From contig OX638326.1 of NCBI GenBank assembly GCA_951812775.1, forward strand, positions 4,015,897-4,079,896: a DNA stretch of 64,000 nt, read 5' to 3'. The stretch comes from an uncultured Alphaproteobacteria bacterium (GTDB taxonomy: Bacteria; Pseudomonadota; Alphaproteobacteria; MPNO01; UBA2964). Position 1 is the stretch's first letter. Each line of letters opens with the position of its first letter. This document shows positions 21,195-30,406 of the stretch, piece after piece. The notes beneath the pieces were generated by a model that made no database searches, was not told where the DNA came from, and saw nothing but the letters and a program-made list of their open reading frames with translations. The translations under genes were made by a program, and so were the position numbers.

Positions 21195-21938
21195 TCAGCT
21201 GGCCACGGCCTGCAGGATCAGCTTGATCCACATGACAACAATGATGGCGATGACCAGACGGTTGAACCATTTGGCGCTGATATAGGGCGTCGTCCACATC
21301 CCAAACTGGGTAAACAGAACCGTTGGAATGATGGCCCAGAGCCCTTGAATGATACGTTTCTCGGTATAGAGTCCCAGCCCACCGACGGCAAAAACGTGGG
21401 TGCCGGAAATCGCCAGAAACATCAGCGATGCGGCAAAGACATAGGTTTTGCTATGGAGCCGATAGGAGTGAATCCAGGTCGCGATGACGGGGCCGGCAAT
21501 TCCAGTTGCGCCCTGACAGGCACCACCGACAAAGGCAAGAATTGGTGCACCGCGACGGGCGGCTTCCCCTTTGAGCTGAGAATCAGGCTTGAGGGCGAGA
21601 ACGACCAAATACAGGCCCAGCCAGATGATGATCAGCCACAGCAGAGCGTTGTCGGTCAGCGCAGCCAGGACAAAGGCACCGGAAGCCGTCCCGACAGCGG
21701 CACAGATGAGCGAAATATTGAGATGTGGTACATCGCTGGTCATTTTACGGTATCGCCAGCAAATCCAGATATTACTGGCTGCCACCGGGATCGTCAGAAC
21801 GACAATCGCATGCTCGGCACCAATAAAGGCAGCAAGGGTCGGTACGGCAATCGTTGGCAATCCAATACCAACGGCACCCTTGAAATAAGACCCGACCGCG
21901 ATGGCGGTCAGGACGATGGCCAGTTCTTCGAAACCCAT
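21195..21938 (-). CDS. Sulfite exporter TauE/SafE family membrane protein
   Basis: Hydrophobic; KGAVGIG and GATGIAGP repeats. Confidence 0.8.
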   Translation of the reverse strand: MGFEELAIVLTAIAVGSYFKGAVGIGLPTIAVPTLAAFIGAEHAIVVLTIPVAASNIWICWRYRKMTSDVPHLNISLICAAVGTASGAFVLAALTDNALLWLIIIWLGLYLVVLALKPDSQLKGEAARRGAPILAFVGGACQGATGIAGPVIATWIHSYRLHSKTYVFAASLMFLAISGTHVFAVGGLGLYTEKRIIQGLWAIIPTVLFTQFGMWTTPYISAKWFNRLVIAIIVVMWIKLILQAVAS

Positions 21939-22025
21939 AATGAGAATTAATTGTTGTTGATGCGGGGCGTCGTGAACTCGACGACATAGCCTGCCCGGCT
22001 GCTTCAAGCAACCGCGGTGCGGTTT

Positions 22026-23048
22026 CTATTTAGCAAAGATGATGGAACGAAGGCGGGCCTTGTTGCCAGTGCTGATTGTTTTGACAGCGTCCGTAACAAT
22101 CTTCTGAACCTGGATACCGGACGAGGGCAGGAGGCGCAGCCGCTGTTTTCGGATGTCGCCTATAAACTGTTTATCTTTGACCATTTTGCCGAAAGCGGAT
22201 CGCAAAACTTTGAGCGCGCCCTTTGGCGATCGGGGTGGCAGCAAGAGGCTGTACCCAATTGCTCCTGGCGTTGAGACCAGTTTTACCAGCGTATGATCCT
22301 GCTTGTGGGTGATTTCATGCAGCATCGGCAGTTTTTTGAGCAAGGGGTCGCGATTATATCCCACCTGGACCAGCGGGATCGCAAATTTTCCGGTCTTTTT
22401 GAACCAGTGTGGCACGATGGTATTCCAGGTCAGCCAGTCAAACGCCGCCCCGACATGGGAGTTCTTTTCCATTTCACTGATCGTTTTGCGGGCGGTTTTG
22501 AATTCGGCGACAAGCCTAATGTCGGTTTTGACGATATCCCGCATGAGCTTGGGAATGATGTAAGACATTGATCCCCGGTTGGTGTAGCCAATGGCCAGCC
22601 TTTGCCCGCGGATATCCTTGGCCGTTTTAAACTTGGTGTCCGCTCGAAGGGCAAACACTCTGTTTGCGGCACTGACGGACCCAATCCAAAGGAAATCGCC
22701 GGGGTTATATTTGACCGCCTTGGGCCACAAAGCCTGAGACAAAACCAGGGTATCTGGTGGTACCAGGATATTCAGCCCGTTTCTCGGCATCGCGTTATAA
22801 GCAAAGTTTGTCGCCTTAATGCCCCCAGCGCCGACGATAGACTGCACGGTAATTTTTGGCTTGCCGGGGATAAAACGATAGAGATGACGCGCGATCATAC
22901 GCGAATATTTTTCGCTCGCGCTGCCGATATTACCGGTGTTTACAAGCTTGATGTGCTGCGTTTTACCCTTGGCAGCATTAAAGCCGCCAGCGCCCAAGCT
23001 AACGGCAATTATAGCTGTCATCAGACATGTTTTATTTAACATAACCAT
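22026..23048 (-). CDS. Bug/TctC tripartite tricarboxylate transporter substrate-binding protein (divergent)
   Basis: Signal peptide; RHL...IPGKP.I.VQ..GAGG..ATN..Y; LRSAF.KMV.D..F. Confidence 0.75.
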   Translation of the reverse strand: MVMLNKTCLMTAIIAVSLGAGGFNAAKGKTQHIKLVNTGNIGSASEKYSRMIARHLYRFIPGKPKITVQSIVGAGGIKATNFAYNAMPRNGLNILVPPDTLVLSQALWPKAVKYNPGDFLWIGSVSAANRVFALRADTKFKTAKDIRGQRLAIGYTNRGSMSYIIPKLMRDIVKTDIRLVAEFKTARKTISEMEKNSHVGAAFDWLTWNTIVPHWFKKTGKFAIPLVQVGYNRDPLLKKLPMLHEITHKQDHTLVKLVSTPGAIGYSLLLPPRSPKGALKVLRSAFGKMVKDKQFIGDIRKQRLRLLPSSGIQVQKIVTDAVKTISTGNKARLRSIIFAK

Positions 23049-23210
23049 CGGGCGCTGTTCGGCATTCCATTTTCTGCAAGCTAGCGGGTTTCACAACATT
23101 GCTGCAAGCGGCAAAAAAGAGGCATTCCGCCTACCTTGTTAGAATATGGGGGCACTGATACCTTTTTTCATCGGAAAACTCTAAATCTCGTTAAAAAGAG
23201 GTTTTATAGC

Positions 23211-24506
23211 GTGCCAGCCAACTACGAACTCTTCACCGCAGAAGAAAACGAAATTTTGACCCGCACCGGGGCAGGGACGCCGATGGGCAAGCTGTTGCGG
23301 CGTTTCTGGCTACCGGCCGTACAATCTGACGAGATTCCCGACGCGGGCGGGGATCAACTTCGCCTGAAATTGATGGGTGAGGATTTGATCGTGTTTCGGG
23401 CCAGCGATGATCGTGTCGGTGTTCTCGATCAATTTTGTCCTCATCGGCGGTCCAATCTGTTTTTCGCCAGAAATGAAGATTGCGGCCTGCGCTGCGCCTA
23501 TCACGGCTGGAAGTTCGACCTTGAGGGGAACGTGGTCGATATTCCGTCCGAACCTGATTTCGAACAATGGCAAGATAAACCCCGCATAAAAGCCTATCCG
23601 GCAGTTGAAGCCGGCGGCATTGTCTGGACCTATATGGGCCCACCCGACAAAAAGCCTGCGCCACCGGAATATGAATATTGTCTGGCGCCGGATGCGCATC
23701 GGTTCGCCACACGGCGCTGGGAGGAATGCAACTGGCTGCAAGGTCTGGAGGGCGGTATCGACCCGGTGCATGTTCCCTTTTTGCACAAATATGAACTCAG
23801 TACCGACCCGCTCCATAAAGGCACCACAGGGGCAGACCTGACCTCGGCGACCGACATCTTTTATGACAGCGTTGATCAGCCATACGGCACCAACGTGATT
23901 GCCCGGCGGGACGCAGGTGATGACAGCTATTACTGGCGCATCGGTCAGTGGATATTGCCGTGTTTTACAATCGCACCGCCCTATGGCGATTTTGCGATGG
24001 GTTCAAATGCCTGGGTGCCACGGGATGATGAGAGTTTCTGGCGCTGGATCATTAGCTGTCATCCGACCCGGCCGCTGTCCAACACGGAACGCTCCGCGAT
24101 GGCGGAAGGGAAAGGCACGCATGTAAAGCTCGGCCCAGACCTCCGCGCGGAAGCAAACCGGGACAATGATTATTTTATTGATCGTGAAGGTCAGCGGGCC
24201 GAAAAAACATTCAATGGCGTCTATACGGTGGGCCTGCAGGACAAGGCGATGCAGGAAAGTCAGGGCGAGATACACCAGCGCCAGCACGAATATCTCATGA
24301 ATAGCGATAAATCGATCATCATGATGCGGCGTCGGTTATTGGATGCGGTTGCCGCGAATGAGCGTGGTGAAGATCCGCCGGGCCTGACGGCGAAGGATCA
24401 GCGCATCCGGGCAGCGTCACTGGTTGAACCCAAGGAAGTTTCATACGAAGAGCTGAGCAAAGATATCCTGAGGACGCGCGAAGGCGTCCCGGTGACATCA
24501 ATCTAA
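23211..24506 (+). CDS. Rieske aromatic oxygenase, phthalate 4,5-dioxygenase/LigXa-like
   Basis: CPH...CAYHGW Rieske motif; EGGIDPVHVPFLH mononuclear Fe site; GTPMG.LLRRFW. Confidence 0.88.
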   Translation: MPANYELFTAEENEILTRTGAGTPMGKLLRRFWLPAVQSDEIPDAGGDQLRLKLMGEDLIVFRASDDRVGVLDQFCPHRRSNLFFARNEDCGLRCAYHGWKFDLEGNVVDIPSEPDFEQWQDKPRIKAYPAVEAGGIVWTYMGPPDKKPAPPEYEYCLAPDAHRFATRRWEECNWLQGLEGGIDPVHVPFLHKYELSTDPLHKGTTGADLTSATDIFYDSVDQPYGTNVIARRDAGDDSYYWRIGQWILPCFTIAPPYGDFAMGSNAWVPRDDESFWRWIISCHPTRPLSNTERSAMAEGKGTHVKLGPDLRAEANRDNDYFIDREGQRAEKTFNGVYTVGLQDKAMQESQGEIHQRQHEYLMNSDKSIIMMRRRLLDAVAANERGEDPPGLTAKDQRIRAASLVEPKEVSYEELSKDILRTREGVPVTSI

Positions 24507-24536
24507 GAACAAAAATCTGCAGGAAGGCAAAATTCC

Positions 24537-25616
24537 ATGACACTCATTCTGTCGAACGAAGACATTGAACAGGTCCTGACAATGGAGGACCTCGTGCCGG
24601 TGCTCGAAGAGGCCTATATCGAACTCGTCGAAGGGCGTGGCGGTAATCGTCGTCGCTCCGATATCGTGACACCAACGACCCTCCGCGATGATGGTCTCTA
24701 TGCCTTGAAGTCGATGGATGGTGTTATCCCAAAACTCGGCGTTGGGGCAATTCGGCTCAACTCCGACATTCTGACATTTCCGACGACGGGAAATGAAATG
24801 CGGCGTGTAAAAGTACCAGCCGCACCCAACAATCGCTATGTCGGACTCGTGTTGCTGTTCAGTACGCATACTGGCGAACCGCTGATGATTTGCCCTGACG
24901 GGGTGATGCAGCGGATGCGGGTCGGGGCAACCAACGGCATTGCCGCCAAATATATGGCACGCGAAGATGCCGATACGCTGGCAGTGTTAGGGTCCGGCTG
25001 GCAGGCGGGTGCCGCTGTTTTGGCGCATGATGCTGTTCGTGACCTCAAGGACATTTGCGTTTACAGCCCGAACCCGGAGAACAGAAAAGCATTCGCCGCC
25101 GAGATGGAAGAGGCACTTGAGAAGGAAGTGAGGATTTGCGAAACAGGTGAAGAAGCCTGTAAGGGCGCGCAGATGGTCGCCTGTGCGACCAACGCCGTCA
25201 TGCCGGTGTTTTTCCATGACTGGTTAGAGCCCGGCATGCATATCGGCACGGTTCGCCCCGGCGCGACAGAAGTCGAGAAAGCGGCCTGGCCTGATATCGA
25301 ACTCTTTGTTCTTCTGGATCACGATGACAATGCGGAAATGATCTATACCCACGGCGTTCTGGTGGGAGAGGACAAGGTAGGTTCCTACGGTGTAGAACAA
25401 GATGAATGGCACAATAATCTGCCGTCGCTTCCGCAGGTCATCAATGGTGATCGGGAAGGCCGCACCAATGACGAGCAGTGCTCCTGTTTCCTGAACAATC
25501 TCGGGATGGGATATCAGTTCGCCGCGACCGGCTATGTCGTCTACAACAAGGCCAAAGAGCTGGGCCTTGGTACAGAATTACCGACAGACATGTTTACCGA
25601 AACGGTGCATCCCTAA
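24537..25616 (+). CDS. Ornithine cyclodeaminase/mu-crystallin family protein
   Basis: TGEPL, RVGAT, GSGWQA, CATN, PGMH, GMGYQ. Confidence 0.85.
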   Translation: MTLILSNEDIEQVLTMEDLVPVLEEAYIELVEGRGGNRRRSDIVTPTTLRDDGLYALKSMDGVIPKLGVGAIRLNSDILTFPTTGNEMRRVKVPAAPNNRYVGLVLLFSTHTGEPLMICPDGVMQRMRVGATNGIAAKYMAREDADTLAVLGSGWQAGAAVLAHDAVRDLKDICVYSPNPENRKAFAAEMEEALEKEVRICETGEEACKGAQMVACATNAVMPVFFHDWLEPGMHIGTVRPGATEVEKAAWPDIELFVLLDHDDNAEMIYTHGVLVGEDKVGSYGVEQDEWHNNLPSLPQVINGDREGRTNDEQCSCFLNNLGMGYQFAATGYVVYNKAKELGLGTELPTDMFTETVHP

Positions 25617-25819
25617 TTTGGTTACCACTCGACCGGGTTTCACTAAAACCCTGGGTCGGATTCGTATGGTTGTTTTTACTTTTCGATTCTAATTCTTCTA
25701 CTAATATTTATTTTAATATTGTAAAAAGAACAAAAAAAGAACATATAGAAAGGATTATTATAGAAAGGATTATTAAGGTGGCTTTGAGCTGGTTGTGCGT
25801 TGGGATGGAGGTGCCTTGA

Positions 25820-26261
25820 GTGAAGAAAATCACCAGTTTTATTAAAGTTATTTTGGTCGCGGGTATTAGTGCGGCGCTTACTGTTTGGTTGATTTTGGGT
25901 GGCGAAATTATTGGGCCTTCAAGGAATTTGAACGAGCTTAAGTTGGATTTTTCCTATTCGGATTTTCTTTCTACTACCCTTACTGCGCTTGGCTTGATTT
26001 TGGCCGCCCTTGCAATTGGAATTGGAATTATCGCATTCCGGACAATTAGCGATATAAGGCAAAGAAGCTCGGCAAATTGCCGAGGAAACTGTTGCGAAAG
26101 AAGTTGAAAACCGTTTGCCAACCGCAATCGACGACGCTGTAGAAAAGGCGAGTATGGAAGGAATTCTGGATGAAGCTCTTGAGAAAGCGGTGATGCAGTT
26201 ATCTCGCGGTGGTGCAGGTATGAATACGGAATTGCAAGACGAGGAGGATAATGATGGCTAG
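25820..26261 (+). pseudogene. Two-TM membrane protein with helical C-terminal tail, frameshifted near 26060
   Basis: Two hydrophobic helices; a second frame continues KEARQIAEETVAKEVENRL...EDNDG* with its stop overlapping the next start. Confidence 0.65.
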
Positions 26262-26766
26262 TCAGGAAATGGAACGTATCTGCGGGCGTGACAGGCGTGT
26301 TATCGACAGGTACTTGAAGGACAAGCTGGTATTGCTGGGCAAACTCGCGGCAGAGCTTGGGATAAGCGTCAAAATATCAGCGTTGGACCGGGGGAAGTCA
26401 GGTAAGATCGAATGTAAGGATGGTGCTTACACGATCAAAATAAATCGGTACGAAACCCGCGAACGCCAGAGGTTTACGCTTGCACATGAAATAGCTCATT
26501 TTCTTCTTCACCGGGATAAATTTGTCACCGATGATTATGGTGAGATTTATGACAATGTTCTTTATCGATCAGGCCAACCGGAAGAAATTGAACATGAAGT
26601 CAACCGGCTTGCTGCGGATTTAATTATGCCCATTGACCCTGTTCATTCCGATGTGGAAGAGGCAGGAGTTCCTGTCAGTGATGAGGTAATCGAGCGCCTG
26701 GCTCGAGAGTGGTGTGTGTCTAAGGCGGCTATGGAAATAAGGCTATCCTCCTATATGGCAGCATAA
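26251..26766 (+). CDS. ImmA/IrrE family metallo-endopeptidase (no HTH)
   Basis: RQRFTLAHEIAH (HExxH), E.EVN.LAADLIMP, VS..AMEIRL. Confidence 0.9.
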   Translation: MMASQEMERICGRDRRVIDRYLKDKLVLLGKLAAELGISVKISALDRGKSGKIECKDGAYTIKINRYETRERQRFTLAHEIAHFLLHRDKFVTDDYGEIYDNVLYRSGQPEEIEHEVNRLAADLIMPIDPVHSDVEEAGVPVSDEVIERLAREWCVSKAAMEIRLSSYMAA

Positions 26767-26782
26767 AATAAAAGGGACTAAT

Positions 26783-27658
26783 ATGCCACCCAAGATCGGG
26801 GACTACATCCCAACTCTTGTAATTAGGCCAAGCGAGATGAATGGCTTGGAGTATCTACCTGGGGTTTCAAAAGACAGGATGACTCCTGTTATCAGGATGA
26901 CTCCTGTTATCAGGATGACTCCTGTTATATTGCTAGCACCCTGGACAAACGCGCTCTCACTTGAAAAGGCGATGGAAAGAGTTGAAAAGGCATTTCTACA
27001 TCGAAAATTCTTTCTCGATATTGATAAAGATTACGATCCTACGAATTTGGAAAGTCCTGCCCAAGCGGAATGGCTAGAAATAAGAAATCCAGTAAATCAA
27101 TTTCAGTCTTGGCGAAATTTTTGGATTAAATATCCGTCAGTTTTACCTTGTCTCCAGCTAGAAAAGCTTAATGATAAAGAAATTCGAGACGAGATCGAGG
27201 AGGTTCAGCAACAAGGACGCGAGTTCTGTCTCCGAATCGAACTCGACAAACAGCCAGGAAATATACAAGCGGCAATAAACCAACTTGTTGACTTAGGGAC
27301 AGTAGATTTTACAGTTGTGATAGAAGGGGGTGGACTCTAAATCCTCTTAATTTGTACGCTGGAGCGTATGGTTACATTACAGAAACGCTAGCGGTACTTG
27401 ATGGACGAATTCCTATCGTTGTCTCTTGTACATCGATGCCAAAAGGGTTCCAAAATGTAGAAGGTCTGGTGGAGAACAAGTTTTCTAATCACGAACTCCT
27501 AGACCAAATTAAAAGAAACTCAAATAAAGAAACAATTTTATATGGTGATTGGGGTAGTACGAGACCTCGAGAAAGGCCAGACGGATTTCGCCAAGCACCG
27601 CTTCCAAGAATTGATTATCCAAAAGATGACGCCTGGCACTTCGCGCGTAGTAAAAAAA
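26783..27658 (+). pseudogene. Beta-family protein, 5' part (frameshift at G-run near 27330, then IS-interrupted)
   Basis: YIPTL..RPSE..GL, SCTSMP, YGDWGS, PRIDYP..WHFAR resemble the Beta_protein family; 18-bp triplication (RMTPVI x3). Confidence 0.65.
26875..26928. repeat. 18-bp tandem triplication
   Basis: CAGGATGACTCCTGTTAT x3. Confidence 0.95.
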
Positions 27659-27700
27659 GGGAATTATATAGTTAATTAACCTTGCGGTTTATCTGCAAAT

Positions 27701-27835
27701 CTTGGGGCGGAAAGGAGGTGATGCCAGATGCCTAACATACCAAAACCAGCCATGACAAAATGGTTGTAAGGATGGAAATCGTCTTCTCCCCAAGGTGTTC
27801 GTAGCACTTGGGGAGAAGGTAGGTTATTTTTAACC
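27701..27835 (+). other. Candidate small RNA/mini-ORF: extended SD, 13-codon ORF, strong hairpin
   Basis: GAAAGGAGGTGAT at 27710-27722; ATG 27728 to TAA 27769 (MPNIPKPAMTKWL); stem CTTCTCCCCAA/TTGGGGAGAAG at 27783-27818. Confidence 0.5.
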
Positions 27836-27847
27836 ATAGATCAAGGG

Positions 27848-28471
27848 TTATGGTTCGACACCTAGCAACACGAGGGGCACAGCGGGCACGCCACGGCCCT
27901 GCCGGATGACATTGAGCAAGTCACGCTCATAATACGGGACACCGCTCGACATTTGCGATTCAAGGGTTTTCATCGGCAGGACTTCTATCCCTACATCGAG
28001 GATATCCGAGACGTAAAAGCTCAAGTGTTTAACGAACAGGTCATGCGCGACGAACGCATACTTTCCGAACTGAACTTCGACCGCGACACGATCCTTCACG
28101 AAATCGGTCTGATTGTAGGACATAATCGGCTTGCGGCCCGTCGCCGCTATGGCTGACTTCTGCTCAGCCTCGCTTTGCCCCTGAATCGAGCGTAGCAAAC
28201 TCTCATCCTCCGTTACCCAAAACGTGTTCCGGCGTTCTTCCCAACCCTTTGCTTCCAGGCCAGACTTAAATGCTGCATTCATATCGACAGGGCTATAGAG
28301 CGTTCTGCCCTTTCGCGTCTTTTCTGTCGACACTTTTGTCCGGCAGGCTTCAGCATCGACTTGAGCATCGACTTGAGCAATGACGCCCAATAGTTCCGCC
28401 CAGAGCTCGGAGTGGTGAACAAGCAGATATTCCTCACCATTTAAATGGGAATATCTGGCTTTCACCCGCAT
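27848..28471 (-). CDS. BglII/BstYI family type II restriction endonuclease
   Basis: QTDFVKDRVAVEVQFG (D...ExQ variant of the PD-(D/E)xK active site), DVGIEVLP, PLVLLG. Confidence 0.88.
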   Translation of the reverse strand: MRVKARYSHLNGEEYLLVHHSELWAELLGVIAQVDAQVDAEACRTKVSTEKTRKGRTLYSPVDMNAAFKSGLEAKGWEERRNTFWVTEDESLLRSIQGQSEAEQKSAIAATGRKPIMSYNQTDFVKDRVAVEVQFGKYAFVAHDLFVKHLSFYVSDILDVGIEVLPMKTLESQMSSGVPYYERDLLNVIRQGRGVPAVPLVLLGVEP

Positions 28472-29391
28472 TAATGACCACCGTTCGGCAGAACCGGGTT
28501 ATAAACCGGTTTTCCCATGGGGCGGGTGCGCAGTGCCCCGCTACGCCACGCGGCAACGCGCTGCTGCGCCAGTTCGACATATTCAGGAACAATATCGCAA
28601 CCGTAAGCGTCGCGCCCATGCATCAATGCAGCGATAACCGCAGAACCCACTCCCATATATGGGTCAAGAACCACGTCGTTTTCATCGGTCATCGAGAGAA
28701 CCAGTCTCTCAACCAATTCAACCGGAAATTGGCAGGGGTGGATTGTCTTTTCTGGATGGTTATTCTTGACGTTCGGGAACTCCCAGACATCGGACGGGTT
28801 CTTACCCTTCGGGTTGCCGGACAGTTTGCCGGTATTCGGCCCTTTGAAATGTTTTTTGCCTGGATATTTTGATGGAACGCGGATCGGGTCCAAGTGCCAC
28901 GTGTAATCGTCCGCACGTGTCCACCAATTGATTGTCTCATATCGGCCTGACAGCCGCCGTGTACAGTGCAAGCCGTGCCCGAAATGCCAGATAATCCGAT
29001 TCCGCATTTTCAGGCCGCATCTTTGGAAGATTGGGTATGTGAGGATATCCAACGGCATTATCTCGCCGTTCTGCACGAAGTTTCCGACCTGCCAGCAAAT
29101 GGACCCCTTTGGATGCAGAACGCGCACACATTCCTCGATAACGTGCTTTTGCGCCTCCAAATAGCTGTCCAAGGACGATTTGGCTTCGTAGTCTTTCCCC
29201 AAATTGTAAGGAGGTGACGTAACAATCAGTTTGCACTGCCCATCCGGGATCGAGCGCAAAAATTTCAAATTATCAAGACAGGCCAGCACAGGAACGCGAT
29301 TATCGTAGGAGCGAACGACCGGCCTTGGGAACAGTGAACGAGCAAGGGCAGCGGGATCATTGATGACAGGGGGAATTACGGCGTTATTCAT
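28471..29391 (-). CDS. Site-specific amino DNA methyltransferase, beta class (probably N4-mC)
   Basis: TSPPY (motif IV) precedes HPCQFP and LDPYMGVGS (motif I). Confidence 0.92.
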   Translation of the reverse strand: MNNAVIPPVINDPAALARSLFPRPVVRSYDNRVPVLACLDNLKFLRSIPDGQCKLIVTSPPYNLGKDYEAKSSLDSYLEAQKHVIEECVRVLHPKGSICWQVGNFVQNGEIMPLDILTYPIFQRCGLKMRNRIIWHFGHGLHCTRRLSGRYETINWWTRADDYTWHLDPIRVPSKYPGKKHFKGPNTGKLSGNPKGKNPSDVWEFPNVKNNHPEKTIHPCQFPVELVERLVLSMTDENDVVLDPYMGVGSAVIAALMHGRDAYGCDIVPEYVELAQQRVAAWRSGALRTRPMGKPVYNPVLPNGGH

Positions 29392-30344
29392 CGTGCTTCC
29401 CCCACAATCAGATCGCGATACATGAGCCGTTTGCCGATCATCCCCCCAACGATATCGCGCATTTGATCGATGGTATGCCGGTCGCGGATATTGTGACGGC
29501 CTGCGAACTCATTAACATATCGATCAAGGTGCTTTGGGCTGATATTATGGAACGTCCCTTTGTGCGCTCGCTTAAGCATCGCCCAGAAACTTTCGATTCC
29601 ATTCGTATGGGCTTGACCGCGCACATATTCGCCAACTGAGTGATTGACAGCTTCATGATCACGTCGCACACTTTTATAGCCCGCAGCATCGTCCGTGTAG
29701 ACCTTTGCGGTCAAATCGCTCACACTTTCAGTGAACCTTCGTAACGTCGCGCCATCGGTGTTCTTTACTGATCGCGCCGTCACGCGGTTGGTTGTGCGGT
29801 CCTTTGCGCCGATAACGGCGGTCTTGCCAACCGGTCCGCGCCCGCTCAGATGTTTGCGTTTCGCCTTTGGCATATTCTTGCGCTTACCGCCCATGTAGGT
29901 TTCGTCGATCTCGACGGGACCGACGAATAATCCTTGTTCGCTAGCAAACGCTTCGCGGAGCCGATGCGCCATAAACCAAGCCGATTTCTGGGTGATTTTT
30001 AAATCGCGATGAAGTTTCATGCTCGAAACACCTTGCAGGCTCGTCGCATTCAAATAAATCGCGAATGCCCACTTACGGAGAGGTATCTTGGATTGTTCCA
30101 TGACCGAACCGTGACGTACTGAAAAGAACTTACGGCAATCACGGCATCTATAAGGGAGAGGCTTGCGATTTGCCTTCGGTGCCGTGTTGCGGCTTCCGCA
30201 TTTTGGGCAAAGCCGGTCTTCCGGCGTAGGCCATCGCACATCCTCAAACCAATCTTCCGCTGATGTTTCACAGGGGAACATCTCTGCCAACTCAATCAAG
30301 CTGATACCTTCGCGGTGATGTTTACCAGGTGCGTTGTTTGCCAT
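29388..30344 (-). CDS. IS1595-family (ISXO2-like) DDE transposase
   Basis: CPKC...CRDC zinc ribbon, HTH (SSMKLHRDL..TQKSAWFM), EIDETY, YTD, HTNGIESFW, YVNEF. Confidence 0.95.
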   Translation of the reverse strand: MANNAPGKHHREGISLIELAEMFPCETSAEDWFEDVRWPTPEDRLCPKCGSRNTAPKANRKPLPYRCRDCRKFFSVRHGSVMEQSKIPLRKWAFAIYLNATSLQGVSSMKLHRDLKITQKSAWFMAHRLREAFASEQGLFVGPVEIDETYMGGKRKNMPKAKRKHLSGRGPVGKTAVIGAKDRTTNRVTARSVKNTDGATLRRFTESVSDLTAKVYTDDAAGYKSVRRDHEAVNHSVGEYVRGQAHTNGIESFWAMLKRAHKGTFHNISPKHLDRYVNEFAGRHNIRDRHTIDQMRDIVGGMIGKRLMYRDLIVGEAR

Positions 30345-30406
30345 ATCATTCTCCTATGTCCCATACATTAGGACAATACGCCTGGTTAGTCAAGTATATA
30401 ATTCAC

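Larger units (their letters stand above)
27659..30406 (-). mobile_element. IS1595-family transporter IS carrying a type II restriction-modification system
   Basis: IRs GGGAATTATATAGTTAATTAACC (27659-27681) and reverse complement of 30384-30406 GTGAATTATATACTTGACTAACC match 19/23; 8-bp direct repeat TAAAAAAA at 27651-27658 and 30407-30414. Confidence 0.93.

Noticed and set aside
26875-26928. Short direct repeats as a CRISPR array (also 37533 and 51129)
   Set aside because: Head-to-tail copies with no spacers, inside coding sequence, and no cas genes in the window
27326-27330. Phase-variable G tract in the Beta gene
   Set aside because: Only G5, and the gene is separately disrupted by the IS; decay or sequencing error is simpler
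27710-27727. 16S rRNA gene fragment on the minus strand
   Set aside because: The match covers only the anti-SD end; flanking sequence does not resemble helix 45 or an ITS
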